This document shows, piece by piece, positions 1 to 13,340 of a stretch of DNA of 64,000 nucleotides. The position numbers and the translations under genes were made by a program. The stretch spans positions 4,030,001 to 4,094,000 of the forward strand of contig OZ059895.1 in the NCBI GenBank assembly GCA_964057225.1, given 5' to 3'. The number at the start of each line of letters is the position of its first letter. Positions within the stretch are counted from its first letter, which is position 1. This DNA comes from Auanema rhodensis (taxonomy: Eukaryota; Animalia; Nematoda). The notes beneath the pieces were generated by a model. It was not told the DNA's origin. It ran no database searches and was given only the letters and a program-made list of their open reading frames with translations.

Positions 1-171
1 TATAAGTGTGAACTTATATCAGTTGATATCTCGGTGCATTTTCAAGCTAGCGCAAATCTGATAACACAGATCGACGCAGCTTAAAAATCCGCATTGAATG
101 CACTATACTTCATTGAGAAACGCTTAATACAAAACTTAGTTATGATCGTTTGAAAAATGATGCATTAGTGT

Positions 172-199
172 ATGTTGAGTTTCCATGTACACTCAACAT
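172..199. repeat. Intra-monomer 9-bp perfect inverted repeat with 10-nt loop
   Basis: ATGTTGAGT-ttccatgtac-ACTCAACAT, present in nearly every unit. Confidence 0.85.
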
Positions 200-212
200 T
201 GCTTCCAAAAAC

Positions 213-247
213 ATTTTGACAAAAATTTTTTCGAAAAATTTCAAAAT
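213..247. repeat. A/T-tract imperfect dyad
   Basis: ATTTTGA(213-219)/TCAAAAT(241-247) flanks TTTTTCGAAAAA (227-238, in G233 units). Confidence 0.7.
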
Positions 248-349
248 AATTTAGCAAAAAGTAGATGTTTTTAGATTCCTTTTTTCAAGGCAAAGACGAT
301 GGGCAATGTTATTCAATGAAAAAATTAATTCTTCAGGGTGAAAATCGAG

Positions 350-380
350 GATATAAGTGTGAACTTATATCAGTTGATAT
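350..380. repeat. Two overlapping short dyads at the monomer boundary
   Basis: GATATAAGT-gtga-ACTTATATC (350-371, 9-bp stem) overlaps ATATCA-gt-TGATAT (367-380, 6-bp stem). Confidence 0.85.
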
Positions 381-732
381 CTCGGTGCATTTTCAAGCTA
401 GCGCAAATCTGATAACACAGATCGACGCAGCTTAAAAATCCGCATCGAATGCACTATACTTCATTGAGAAACGCTTAATACAAAAATTAGTTATGATCAT
501 TTGAAAAATGATGCATTAGTGTATGTTGAGTTTCCATGTACACTCAACATTGCTTCCAAAAACATTTTGACAAAAATTTTTTCGAAAAATTTCAAAATAA
601 TTTAGCAAAAAGTAGATGTTTTTAGATTCATTTTTTTGAGGCAAAGACGATGGACAATGTTATTCAACGAAAAAATTAATTCTTCAGGGTGAAAATCGAG
701 GATATAAGTGTGAACTTATATCAGTTGATATC

Positions 733-799
733 TCGGTGCATTTTTAAGCTAGCGCAAATCTGATAACACAGATCGACGCAGCTTAAAAATCCGCATCGA
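733..799. repeat. Intra-monomer 67-nt imperfect inverted repeat (monomer pos 31-97; example in unit 3)
   Basis: TCGGTGC(31-37)/GCATCGA(91-97) with one G-T pair; ATTTTYAAGCT(38-48)/AGCTTAAAAAT(78-88); GCG/CGC; ATCTG/CAGAT closing an ATAACA loop. Confidence 0.85.
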
Positions 800-3700
800 A
801 TGCACTATACTTCATTGAGAAACGCTTAATACAAAAATTAGTTATGATCGTTTGAAAAATGATGCATTAGTGTATGTTGAGTTTCCATGTACACTCAACA
901 TTGCTTCCAAAAACATTTTGACAAACATTTTTTCAAAAAATTTCAAAATAATTTAGCAAAAAGTAGATGTTTTTAGATTCCTTTTTTCAAGGCAAAGACG
1001 ATGGGCAATGTTATTCAACGAAAAAATTAATTCTTCAGGGTGAAAATCGAGGATATAAGTGTGAACTTATATCAGTTGATATCTCGGTGCATTTTCAAGC
1101 TAGCGCAAATCTGATAACACAGATCGACGCAGCTTAAAAATCCGCATCGAATGCACTATACTTCATTGAGAAACGCTTAATACAAAACTTAGTTATGATC
1201 GTTTGAAAAATGATGCATTAGTGTATGTTGAGTTTCCATGTACACTCAACATTGCTTCCAAAAACATTTTGACAAAAATTTTTTCGAAAAATTTCAAAAT
1301 AATTTAGCAAAAAGTAGATGTTTTTAGATTCCTTTTTTCAAGGCAAAGACGATGGGCAATGTTATTCAATGAAAAAATTAATTCTTCAGGGTGAAAATCG
1401 AGGATATAAGTGTGAACTTATATCAGTTGATATCTCGGTGCATTTTCAAGCTAGCGCAAATCTGATAACACAGATCGACGCAGCTTAAAAATCCGCATCG
1501 AATGCACTATACTTCATTGAGAAACGCTTAATACAAAAATTAGTTATGATCGTTTGAAAAATGATGCATTAGTGTATGTTGAGTTTCCATGTACACTCAA
1601 CATTGCTTCCAAAAACATTTTGACAAACATTTTTTCAAAAAATTTCAAAATAATTTAGCAAAAAGTAGATGTTTTTAGATTCCTTTTTTCAAGGCAAAGA
1701 CGATGGGCAATGTTATTCAACGAAAAAATTAATTCTTCAGGGTGAAAATCGAGGATATAAGTGTGAACTTATATCAGTTGATATCTCGGTGCATTTTCAA
1801 GCTAGCGCAAATCTGATAACACAGATCGACGCAGCTTAAAAATCCGCATCGAATGCACTATACTTCATTGAGAAACGCTTAATACAAAAATTAGTTATGA
1901 TCGTTTGAAAAATGATGCATTAGTGTATGTTGAGTTTCCATGTACACTCAACATTGCTTCCAAAAACATTTTGACAAAAATTTTTTCGAAAAATTTCAAA
2001 ATAATTTAGCAAAAAGTAGATGTTTTTAGATTCATTTTTTTAAGGCAAAGACGATGGACAATGTTATTCAACGAAAAAATTAATTCTTCAGGGTGAAAAT
2101 CGAAGATATAAGTGTGAACTTATATCAGTTGATATCTCGGTGCATTTTTAAGCTAGCGCAAATCTGATAACACAGATCTACGCAGCTTAAAAATCCGCAT
2201 CGAATGCACTATACTTCATTGAGAAACGCTTAATACAAAAATTAGTTATGATCGTTTGAAAAATGATGCATTAGTGTATGTTGAGTTTCCATGTACACTC
2301 AACATTGCTTCCAAAAACATTTTGACAAAAATTTTTTCAAAAAATTTCAAAATAATTTAGCAAAAAGTAGATGTTTTTAGATTCCTTTTTTCAAGGCAAA
2401 GACGATGGGCAATGTTATTCAACGAAAAAATTAATTCTTCAGGGTGAAAATCGAGGATATAAGTGTGAACTTATATCAGTTGATATCTCGGTGCATTTTT
2501 AAGCTAGCGCAAATCTGACAACACAGATCTACGCAGCTTAAAAATCCGCATCGAATGCACTATACTTCATTGAGAAACGCTTAATACAAAAATTAGTTAT
2601 GATCGTTTGAAAAATGATGCATTAGTGTATGTTGAGTTTCCATGTACACTCAACATTGCTTCCAAAAACATTTTGACAAAAATTTTTTCAAAAAATTTCA
2701 AAATAATTTAGCAAAAAGTAGATGTTTTTAGATTCCTTTTTTCAAGGCAAAGACGATGGGCAATGTTATTCAACGAAAAAATTAATTCTTCAGGGTGAAA
2801 ATCGAGGATATAAGTGTGAACTTATATCAGTTGATATCTCGGTGCATTTTCAAGCTAGCGCAAATCTGATAACACAGATGGACGCAGCTTAAAAATCCGC
2901 ATCGAATGCACTATACTTCATTGAGAAACGCTTAATACAAAACTTAGTTATGATCGTTTGAAAAATGATGCATTAGTGTATGTTGAGTTTCCATGTACAC
3001 TCAACATTGCTTCCAAAAACATTTTGACAAAAATTTTTTCGAAAAATTTCAAAATAATTTAGCAAAAAGTAGATGTTTTTAGATTCATTTTTTTAAGGCA
3101 AAGACGATGGACAATGTTATTCAACGAAAAAATTAATTCTTCAGGGTGAAAATCGAGGATATAAGTGTGAACTTATATCAGTTGATATCTCGGTGCATTT
3201 TCAAGCTAGCGCAAATCTGATAACACAGATCGACGCAGCTTAAAAATCCGCATCGAATGCACTATACTTCATTGAGAAACGCTTAATACAAAAATTAGTT
3301 ATGATCATTTGAAAAATGATGCATTAGTGTATGTTGAGTTTCCATGTACACTCAACATTGCTTCCAAAAACATTTTGACAAAAATTTTTTCGAAAAATTT
3401 CAAAATAATTTAGCAAAAAGTAGATGTTTTTAGATTCATTTTTTTGAGGCAAAGACGATGGACAATGTTATTCAACGAAAAAATTAATTCTTCAGGGTGA
3501 AAATCGAGGATATAAGTGTGAACTTATATCAGTTGATATCTCGGTGCATTTTTAAGCTAGCGCAAATCTGATAACACAGATCGACGCAGCTTAAAAATCC
3601 GCATCGAATGCACTATACTTCATTGAGAAACGCTTAATACAAAAATTAGTTATGATCGTTTGAAAAATGATGCATTAGTGTATGTTGAGTTTCCATGTAC

Positions 3701-4913
3701 ACTCAACATTGCTTCCAAAAACATTTTGACAAACATTTTTTCAAAAAATTTCAAAATAATTTAGCAAAAAGTAGATGTTTTTAGATTCCTTTTTTCAAGG
3801 CAAAGACGATGGGCAATGTTATTCAACGAAAAAATTAATTCTTCAGGGTGAAAATCGAGGATATAAGTGTGAACTTATATCAGTTGATATCTCGGTGCAT
3901 TTCAAGCTAGCGCAAATCTGATAACACAGATCGACGCAGCTTAAAAATCCGCATCGAATGCACTATACTTCATTGAGAAACGCTTAATACAAAAATTAGT
4001 CATGATCGTTTGAAAAATGATGCATTAGTGTATGTTGAGTTTCCATGTACACTCAACATTGCTTCCAAAAACATTTTGACAAACATTTTTTCAAAAAATT
4101 TCAAAATAATTTAGCAAAAAGTAGATGTTTTTAGATTCCTTTTTTCGAGGCAAAGACGATGGGCAATGTTATTCAACGAAACAATTAATTCTTCAGGGTG
4201 AAAATCGAGGATATAAGTGTGAACTTATATCAGTTGATATCTCGGTGCATCTTCAAGCTAGCGCAAATCTGATAACACAGATCGACGCAGCTTAAAAATC
4301 CGCATCGAATGCACTATACTTCATTCAGAAACGCTTAATACAAAAATTAGTTATGATCGTTTGAAAAATGATGCATTAGTGTATGTTGAGTTTCCATGTA
4401 CACTCAAGATTGCTTCCAAAAACATTTTGACAAACATTTTTTCAAAAAATTTCAAAATAATTTAGCAAAAAGTAGATGTTTTTAGATTCCTTTTTTCAAG
4501 GCAAAGACGATGGGCAATGTTATTCAACGAAACAATTAATTCTTCAGGGTGAAAATCGAGGATATAAGTGTGAACTTATATCAGTTGATATCTCGGTGCA
4601 TCTTCAAGCTAGCGCAAATCTGATAACACAGATCGACGCAGCTTAAAAATCCGCATCGAATGCACTATACTTCATTGAGAAACGCTTAATACAAAAATTA
4701 GTTATGATCGTTTGAAAAATGATGCATTAGTGTATGTTGAGTTTCCATGTACACTCAACATTGCTTCCAAAAACATTTTGACAAACATTTTTTCAAAAAA
4801 TTTCAAAATAATTTAGCAAAAAGTAGATGTTTTTAGATTCCTTTTTTCAAGGCAAAGACGATGGGCAATGTTATTCAACGAAAAAATTAATTCTTCAGGG
4901 TGAAAATCGAGGA

Positions 4914-7900
4914 TATAAGTGTGAACTTATATCAGTTGATATCTCGGTGCATTTTCAAGCTAGCGCAAATCTGATAACACAGATCGACGCAGCTTAAAAA
5001 TCCGCATCGAATGCACTATACTTCATTGAGAAACGCTTAATACAAAAATTAGTTATGATCGTTTGAAAAATGATGCATTAGTGTATGTTGAGTTTCCATG
5101 TACACTCAACATTGCTTCCAAAAACATTTTGACAAAAATTTTTTCGAAAAATTTCAAAATAATTTAGCAAAAAGTAGATGTTTTTAGATTCATTTTTTTA
5201 AGGCAAAGACGATGGACAATGTTATTCAACGAAAAAATTAATTCTTCAGGGTGAAAATCGAAGATATAAGTGTGAACTTATATCAGTTGATATCTCGGTG
5301 CATTTTTAAGCTAGCGCAAATCTGATAACACAGATCTACGCAGCTTAAAAATCCGCATCGAATGCACTATACTTCATTGAGAAACGCTTAATACAAAAAT
5401 TAGTTATGATCGTTTGAAAAATGATGCATTAGTGTATGTTGAGTTTCCATGTACACTCAACATTGCTTCCAAAAACATTTTGACAAAAATTTTTTCAAAA
5501 AATTTCAAAATAATTTAGCAAAAAGTAGATGTTTTTAGATTCCTTTTTTCAAGGCAAAGACGATGGGCAATGTTATTCAACGAAAAAATTAATTCTTCAG
5601 GGTGAAAATCGAGGATATAAGTGTGAACTTATATCAGTTGATATCTCGGTGCATTTTCAAGCTAGCGCAAATCTGATAACACAGATCGACGCAGCTTAAA
5701 AATCCGCATCGAATGCACTATACTTCATTGAGAAACGCTTAATACAAAACTTAGTTATGATCGTTTGAAAAATGATGCATTAGTGTATGTTGAGTTTCCA
5801 TGTACACTCAACATTGCTTCCAAAAACATTTTGACAAAAATTTTTTCGAAAAATTTCAAAATAATTTAGCAAAAAGTAGATGTTTTTAGATTCATTTTTT
5901 TAAGGCAAAGACGATGGACAATGTTATTCAACGAAAAAATTAATTCTTCAGGGTGAAAATCGAGGATATAAGTGTGAACTTATATCAGTTGATATCTCGG
6001 TGCATTTTCAAGCTAGCGCAAATCTGATAACACAGATCGACGCAGCTTAAAAATCCGCATTGAATGCACTATACTTCATTGAGAAACGCTTAATACAAAA
6101 CTTAGTTATGATCGTTTGAAAAATGATGCATTAGTGTATGTTGAGTTTCCATGTACACTCAACATTGCTTCCAAAAACATTTTGACAAAAATTTTTTCGA
6201 AAAATTTTAAAATAATTTAGCAAAAAGTAGATGTTTTTAGATTCCTTTTTTCAAGGCAAAGACGATGGGCAATGTTATTCAATGAAAAAATTAATTCTTC
6301 AGGGTGAAAATCGAGGATATAAGTGTGAACTTATATCAGTTGATATCTCGGTGCATTTTCAAGCTAGCGCAAATCTGATAACACAGATCGACGCAGCTTA
6401 AAAATCCGCATCGAATGCACTATACTTCATTGAGAAACGCTTAATACAAAAATTAGTTATGATCATTTGAAAAATGATGCATTAGTGTATGTTGAGTTTC
6501 CATGTACACTCAACTTTGCTTCCAAAAACATTTTGACAAAAATTTTTTCGAAAAATTTCAAAATAATTTAGCAAAAAGTAGATGTTTTCAGATTCATTTT
6601 TTTGAGGCAAAGACGATGGACAATGTTATTCGACGAAAAAATTAATTCTTCAGGGTGAAAATCGAGGATATAAGTGTGAACTTATATCAGTTGATATCTC
6701 GGTGCATTTTTAAGCTAGCGCAAATCTGATAACACAGATCGACGCAGCTTAAAAATCCGCATCGAATGCACTATACTTCATTGAGAAACGCTTAATACAA
6801 AAATTAGTTATGATCGTTTGAAAAATGATGCATTAGTGTATGTTGAGTTTCCATGTACACTCAACATTGCTTCCAAAAACATTTTGACAAACATTTTTTC
6901 AAAAAATTTCAAAATAATTTAGCAAAAAGTAGATGTTTTTAGATTCCTTTTTTCAAGGCAAAGACGATGGGCAATGTTATTCAACGAAAAAATTAATTCT
7001 TCAGGGTGAAAATCGAGGATATAAGTGTGAACTTATATCAGTTGATATCTCGGTGCATTTTCAAGCTAGCGCAAATCTGATAACACAGATCGACGCAGCT
7101 TAAAAATCCGCATCGAATGCACTATACTTCATTGAGAAACGCTTAATACAAAAATTAGTTATGATCGTTTGAAAAATGATGCATTAGTGTATGTTGAGTT
7201 TCCATGTACACTCAACATTGCTTCCAAAAACATTTTGACAAAAATTTTTTCGAAAAATTTCAAAATAATTTAGCAAAAAGTAGATGTTTTTAGATTCATT
7301 TTTTTAAGGCAAAGACGATGGACAATGTTATTCAACGAAAAAATTAATTCTTCAGGGTGAAAATCGAAGATATAAGTGTGAACTTATATCAGTTGATATC
7401 TCGGTGCATTTTTAAGCTAGCGCAAATCTGATAACACAGATCTACGCAGCTTAAAAATCCGCATCGAATGCACTATACTTCATTGAGAAACGCTTAATAC
7501 AAAATATAGTTATGATCGTTTGAAAAATGATGCATTAGTGTATGTTGAGTTTCCATGTACACTCAACATTGCTTCCAAAAACATTTTGACAAAAATTTTT
7601 TCAAAAAATTTCAAAATAATTTAGCAAAAAGTAGATGTTTTTAGATTCCTTTTTTCAAGGCAAAGACGATGGGCAATGTTATTCAACGAAAAAATTAATT
7701 CTTCAGGGTGAAAATCGAGGATATAAGTGTGAACTTATATCAGTTGATATCTCGGTGCATTTTCAAGCTAGCGCAAATCTGATAACACAGATCGACGCAG
7801 CTTAAAAATCCGCATCGAATGCACTATACTTCATTGAGAAACGCTTAATACAAAACTTAGTTATGATCGTTTGAAAAATGATGCATTAGTGTATGTTGAG

Positions 7901-9125
7901 TTTCCATGTACACTCAACATTGCTTCCAAAAACATTTTGACAAAAATTTTTTCGAAAAATTTCAAAATAATTTAGCAAAAAGTAGATGTTTTTAGATTCA
8001 TTTTTTTAAGGCAAAGACGATGGACAATGTTATTCAACGAAAAAATTAATTCTTCAGGGTGAAAATCGAGGATATAAGTGTGAACTTATATCAGTTGATA
8101 TCTCGGTGCATTTTCAAGCTAGCGCAAATCTGATAACACAGATCGACGCAGCTTAAAAATCCGCATTGAATGCACTATACTTCATTGAGAAACGCTTAAT
8201 ACAAAACTTAGTTATGATCGTTTGAAAAATGATGCATTAGTGTATGTTGAGTTTCCATGTACACTCAACATTGCTTCCAAAAACATTTTGACAAAAATTT
8301 TTTCGAAAAATTTTAAAATAATTTAGCAAAAAGTAGATGTTTTTAGATTCCTTTTTTCAAGGCAAAGACGATGGGCAATGTTATTCAATGAAAAAATTAA
8401 TTCTTCAGGGTGAAAATCGAGGATATAAGTGTGAACTTATATCAGTTGATATCTCGGTGCATTTTCAAGCTAGCGCAAATCTGATAACACAGATCGACGC
8501 AGCTTAAAAATCCGCATCGAATGCACTATACTTCATTGAGAAACGCTTAATACAAAAATTAGTTATGATCATTTGAAAAATGATGCATTAGTGTATGTTG
8601 AGTTTCCATGTACACTCAACTTTGCTTCCAAAAACATTTTGACAAAAATTTTTTCGAAAAATTTCAAAATAATTTAGCAAAAAGTAGATGTTTTCAGATT
8701 CATTTTTTTGAGGCAAAGACGATGGACAATGTTATTCGACGAAAAAATTAATTCTTCAGGGTGAAAATCGAGGATATAAGTGTGAACTTATATCAGTTGA
8801 TATCTCGGTGCATTTTTAAGCTAGCGCAAATCTGATAACACAGATCGACGCAGCTTAAAAATCCGCATCGAATGCACTATACTTCATTGAGAAACGCTTA
8901 ATACAAAAATTAGTTATGATCGTTTGAAAAATGATGCATTAGTGTATGTTGAGTTTCCATGTACACTCAACATTGCTTCCAAAAACATTTTGACAAACAT
9001 TTTTTCAAAAAATTTCAAAATAATTTAGCAAAAAGTAGATGTTTTTAGATTCCTTTTTTCAAGGCAAAGACGATGGGCAATGTTATTCAACGAAAAAATT
9101 AATTCTTCAGGGTGAAAATCGAGGA
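4914..9125 (+). repeat. Hexamer (2106-bp) higher-order tandem duplication, 2 copies
   Basis: Rare variants pair at +2106: 5337/7443, 6061/8167, 6208/8314, 6515/8621, 6589/8695, 6632/8738. Confidence 0.9.
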
Positions 9126-9827
9126 TATAAGTGTGAACTTATATCAGTTGATATCTCGGTGCATTTTCAAGCTAGCGCAAATCTGATAACACAGATCGAC
9201 GCAGCTTAAAAATCCGCATCGAATGCACTATACTTCATTGAGAAACGCTTAATACAAAACTTAGTTATGATCGTTTGAAAAATGATGCATTAGTGTATGT
9301 TGAGTTTCCATGTACACTCAACATTGCTTCCAAAAACATTTTGACAAAAATTTTTTCGAAAAATTTCAAAATAATTTAGCAAAAAGTAGATGTTTTTAGA
9401 TTCATTTTTTTGAGGCAAAGACGATGGACAATGTTATTCAACGAAAAAATTAATTCTTCAGGGTGAAAATCGAGGATATAAGTGTGAACTTATATCAGTT
9501 GATATCTCGGTGCATTTTTAAGCTAGCGCAAATCTGATAACACAGATCGACGCAGCTTAAAAATCCGCATCGAATGCACTATACTTCATTGAGAAACGCT
9601 TAATACAAAAATTAGTTATGATCGTTTGAAAAATGATGCATTAATGTATGTTGAGTTTCCATGTACACTCAAGATTGCTTCCAAAAACATTTTGACAAAC
9701 ATTTTTTCAAAAAATTTCAAAATAATTTAGCAAAAAGTAGATGTTTTTAGATTCCTTTTTTCAAGGCAAAGACGATGGGCAATGTTATTCAACGAAACAA
9801 TTAATTCTTCAGGGTGAAAATCGAGGA

Positions 9828-12800
9828 TATAAGTGTGAACTTATATCAGTTGATATCTCGGTGCATCTTCAAGCTAGCGCAAATCTGATAACACAGATCG
9901 ACGCAGCTTAAAAATCCGCATCGAATGCACTATACTTCATTGAGAAACGCTTAATACAAAACTTAGTTATGATCGTTTGAAAAATGATGCATTAGTGTAT
10001 GTTGAGTTTCCATGTACACTCAACATTGCTTCCAAAAACATTTTGACAAAAATTTTTTTCGAAAAATTTCAAAATAATTTAGCAAAAAGTAGATGTTTTT
10101 AGATTCATTTTTTTAAGGCAAAGACGATGGACAATGTTATTCAACGAAAAAATTAATTCTTCAGGGTGAAAATCGAGGATATAAGTGTGAACTTATATCA
10201 GTTGATATCTCGGTGCATTTTTAAGCTAGCGCAAATCTGATAACACAGATCGACGCAGCTTAAAAATCCGCATCGAATGCACTATACTTCATTGAGAAAC
10301 GCTTAATACAAAAATTAGTTATGATCGTTTGAAAAATGATGCATTAGTGTATGTTGAGTTTCCATGTACACTCAACATTGCTTCCAAAAACATTTTGACA
10401 AACATTTTTTCAAAAAATTTCAAAATAATTTAGCAAAAAGTAGATGTTTTTAGATTCCTTTTTTCAAGGCAAAGACGATGGGCAATGTTATTCAACGAAA
10501 AAATTAATTCTTCAGGGTGAAAATCGAGGATATAAGTGTGAACTTATATCAGTTGATATCTCGGTGCATTTTCAAGCTAGCGCAAATCTGATAACACAGA
10601 TCGACGCAGCTTAAAAATCCGCATCGAATGCACTATACTTCATTGAGAAACGCTTAATACAAAATTTAGTTATGATCGTTTGAAAAATGATGCATTAGTG
10701 TATGTTGAGTTTCCATGTACACTCAACATTGCTTCCAAAAACATTTTGACAAAAATTTTTTCGAAAAATTTCAAAATAATTTAGCAAAAAGTAGATGTTT
10801 TTAGATTCATTTTTTTAAGGCAAAGACGATGGACAATGTTATTCAACGAAAAAATTAATTCTTCAGGGTGAAAATCGAAGATATAAGTGTGAACTTATAT
10901 CAGTTGATATCTCGGTGCATTTTTAAGCTAGCGCAAATCTGATAACACAGATCGACGCAGCTTAAAAATCCGCATCGAATGCACTATACTTCATTGAGAA
11001 ACGCTTAATACAAAAATTAGTTATGATCGTTTGAAAAATGATGCATTAGTGTATGTTGAGTTTCCATGTACACTCAACATTGCTTTCAAAAACATTTTGA
11101 CAAACATTTTTTCAAAAAATTTCAAAATAATTTAGCAAAAAGTAGATGTTTTTAGATTCCTTTTTTCAAGGCAAAGACGATGGGCAATGTTATTCAACGA
11201 AAAAATTAATTCTTCAGGGTGAAAATCGAGGATATAAGTGTGAACTTATATCAGTTGATATCTCGGTGCATTTTCAAGCTAGCGCAAATCTGATAACACA
11301 GATCGACGCAGCTTAAAAATCCGCATCGAATGCACTATACTTCATTGAGAAACGCTTAATACAAAACTTAGTTATGATCGTTTGAAAAATGATGCATTAG
11401 TGTATGTTGAGTTTCCATGTACACTCAACATTGCTTCCAAAAACATTTTGACAAAAATTTTTTTCGAAAAATTTCAAAATAATTTAGCAAAAAGTAGATG
11501 TTTTTAGATTCATTTTTTTAAGGCAAAGACGATGGACAATGTTATTCAACGAAAAAATTAATTCTTCAGGGTGAAAATCGAGGATATAAGTGTGAACTTA
11601 TATCAGTTGATATCTCGGTGCATTTTCAAGCTAGCGCAAATCTGATAACACAGATCGACGCAGCTTAAAAATCCGCATCGAATGCACTATACTTCATTGA
11701 GAAACGCTTAATACAAAAATTAGTTATGATCGTTTGAAAAATGATGCATTAGTGTATGTTGAGTTTCCATGTACACTCAACATTGCTTCCAAAAACATTT
11801 TGACAAACATTTTTTCAAAAAATTTCAAAATAATTTAGCAAAAAGTAGATGTTTTTAGATTCCTTTTTTCAAGGCAAAGACGATGGGCAATGTTATTCAA
11901 CGAAAAAATTAATTCTTCAGGGTGAAAATCGAGGATATAAGTGTGAACTTATATCAGTTGATATCTCGGTGCATTTTCAAGCTAGCGCAAATCTGATAAC
12001 ACAGATCGACGCAGCTTAAAAATCCGCATCGAATGCACTATACTTCATTGAGAAACGCTTAATACAAAAATTAGTTATGATCGTTTGAAAAATGATGCAT
12101 TAGTGTATGTTGAGTTTCCATGTACACTCAACATTGCTTCCAAAAACATTTTGACAAAAATTTTTTCGAAAAATTTCAAAATAATTTAGCAAAAAGTAGA
12201 TGTTTTTAGATTCATTTTTTTAAGGCAAAGACGATGGACAATGTTATTCAACGAAAAAATTAATTCTTCAGGGTGAAAATCGAAGATATAAGTGTGAACT
12301 TATATCAGTTGATATCTCGGTGCATTTTTAAGCTAGCGCAAATCTGATAACACAGATCGACGCAGCTTAAAAATCCGCATCGAATGCACTATACTTCATT
12401 GAGAAACGCTTAATACCAAAATTAGTTATGATCGTTTGAAAAATGATGCATTAGTGTATGTTGAGTTTCCATGTACACTCAACATTGCTTTCAAAAACAT
12501 TTTGACAAACATTTTTTCAAAAAATTTCAAAATAATTTAGCAAAAAGTAGATGTTTTTAGATTCCTTTTTTCAAAGCAAAGACGATGGGCAATGTTATTC
12601 AACGAAAAAATTAATTCTTCAGGGTGAAAATCGAGGATATAAGTGTGAACTTATATCAGTTGATATCTCGGTGCATTTTCAAGCTAGCGCAAATCTGATA
12701 ACACAGATCGACGCAGCTTAAAAATCCGCATCGAATGCACTATACTTCATTGAGAAACGCTTAATACAAAACTTAGTTATGATCGTTTGAAAAATGATGC

Positions 12801-13340
12801 ATTAGTGTATGTTGAGTTTCCATGTACACTCAACATTGCTTCCAAAAACATTTTGACAAAAATTTTTTTCGAAAAATTTCAAAATAATTTAGCAAAAAGT
12901 AGATGTTTTTAGATTCATTTTTTTAAGGCAAAGACGATGGACAATGTTATTCAACGAAAAAATTAATTCTTCAGGGTGAAAATCGAAGATATAAGTGTGA
13001 ACTTATATCAGTTGATATCTCGGTGCATTTTCAAGCTAGCGCAAATCTGATAACACAGATCGACGCAGCTTAAAAATCCGCATCGAATGCACTATACTTC
13101 ATTGAGAAACGCTTAATACAAAAATTAGTTATGATCGTTTGAAAAATGATGCATTAGTGTATGTTGAGTTTCCATGTACACTCAACATTGCTTCCAAAAA
13201 CATTTTGACAAACATTTTTTCAAAAAATTTCAAAATAATTTAGCAAAAAGTAGATGTTTTTAGATTCCTTTTTTCAAGGCAAAGACGATGGGCAATGTTA
13301 TTCAACGAAAAAATTAATTCTTCAGGGTGAAAATCGAAGA
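9828..13340 (+). repeat. Tetramer (1405-bp) higher-order repeat, ~2.5 copies
   Basis: The T7-tract insertion with C135 occurs in units starting 9828, 11233 and 12638; the GCTTTC variant occurs at 11086 and 12491. Confidence 0.85.

Larger units (their letters stand above)
1..351 (+). repeat. Reference monomer (351 bp, ~111 G+C, ~32% GC)
   Basis: One full period. It contains EcoRV (25-30), NheI (46-51), NsiI (160-165) and BsrGI (186-191) sites and a polymorphic BstBI site (230-235). Confidence 0.97.

Noticed and set aside
1-351. Tandem 5S rRNA, tRNA, snRNA or spliced-leader gene array
   Set aside because: No recognisable 5S sequence, cloverleaf, convincing A/B boxes or known leader; an Rfam/Infernal scan would be needed to exclude this fully.
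1-351. Assignment to a named ~350-360-bp satellite (e.g. Drosophila 1.688 family or Tribolium satellites)
   Set aside because: Only length and AT content are similar; I do not recognise sequence identity and cannot run BLAST.
151-360. Monomer as an ancient dimer of ~175-bp subunits (TGAAAAATGATGCATTAGTGT vs TGAAAATCGAGGATATAAGTGT)
   Set aside because: The similarity is short, AT-rich, offset by 188 bp and does not visibly extend.
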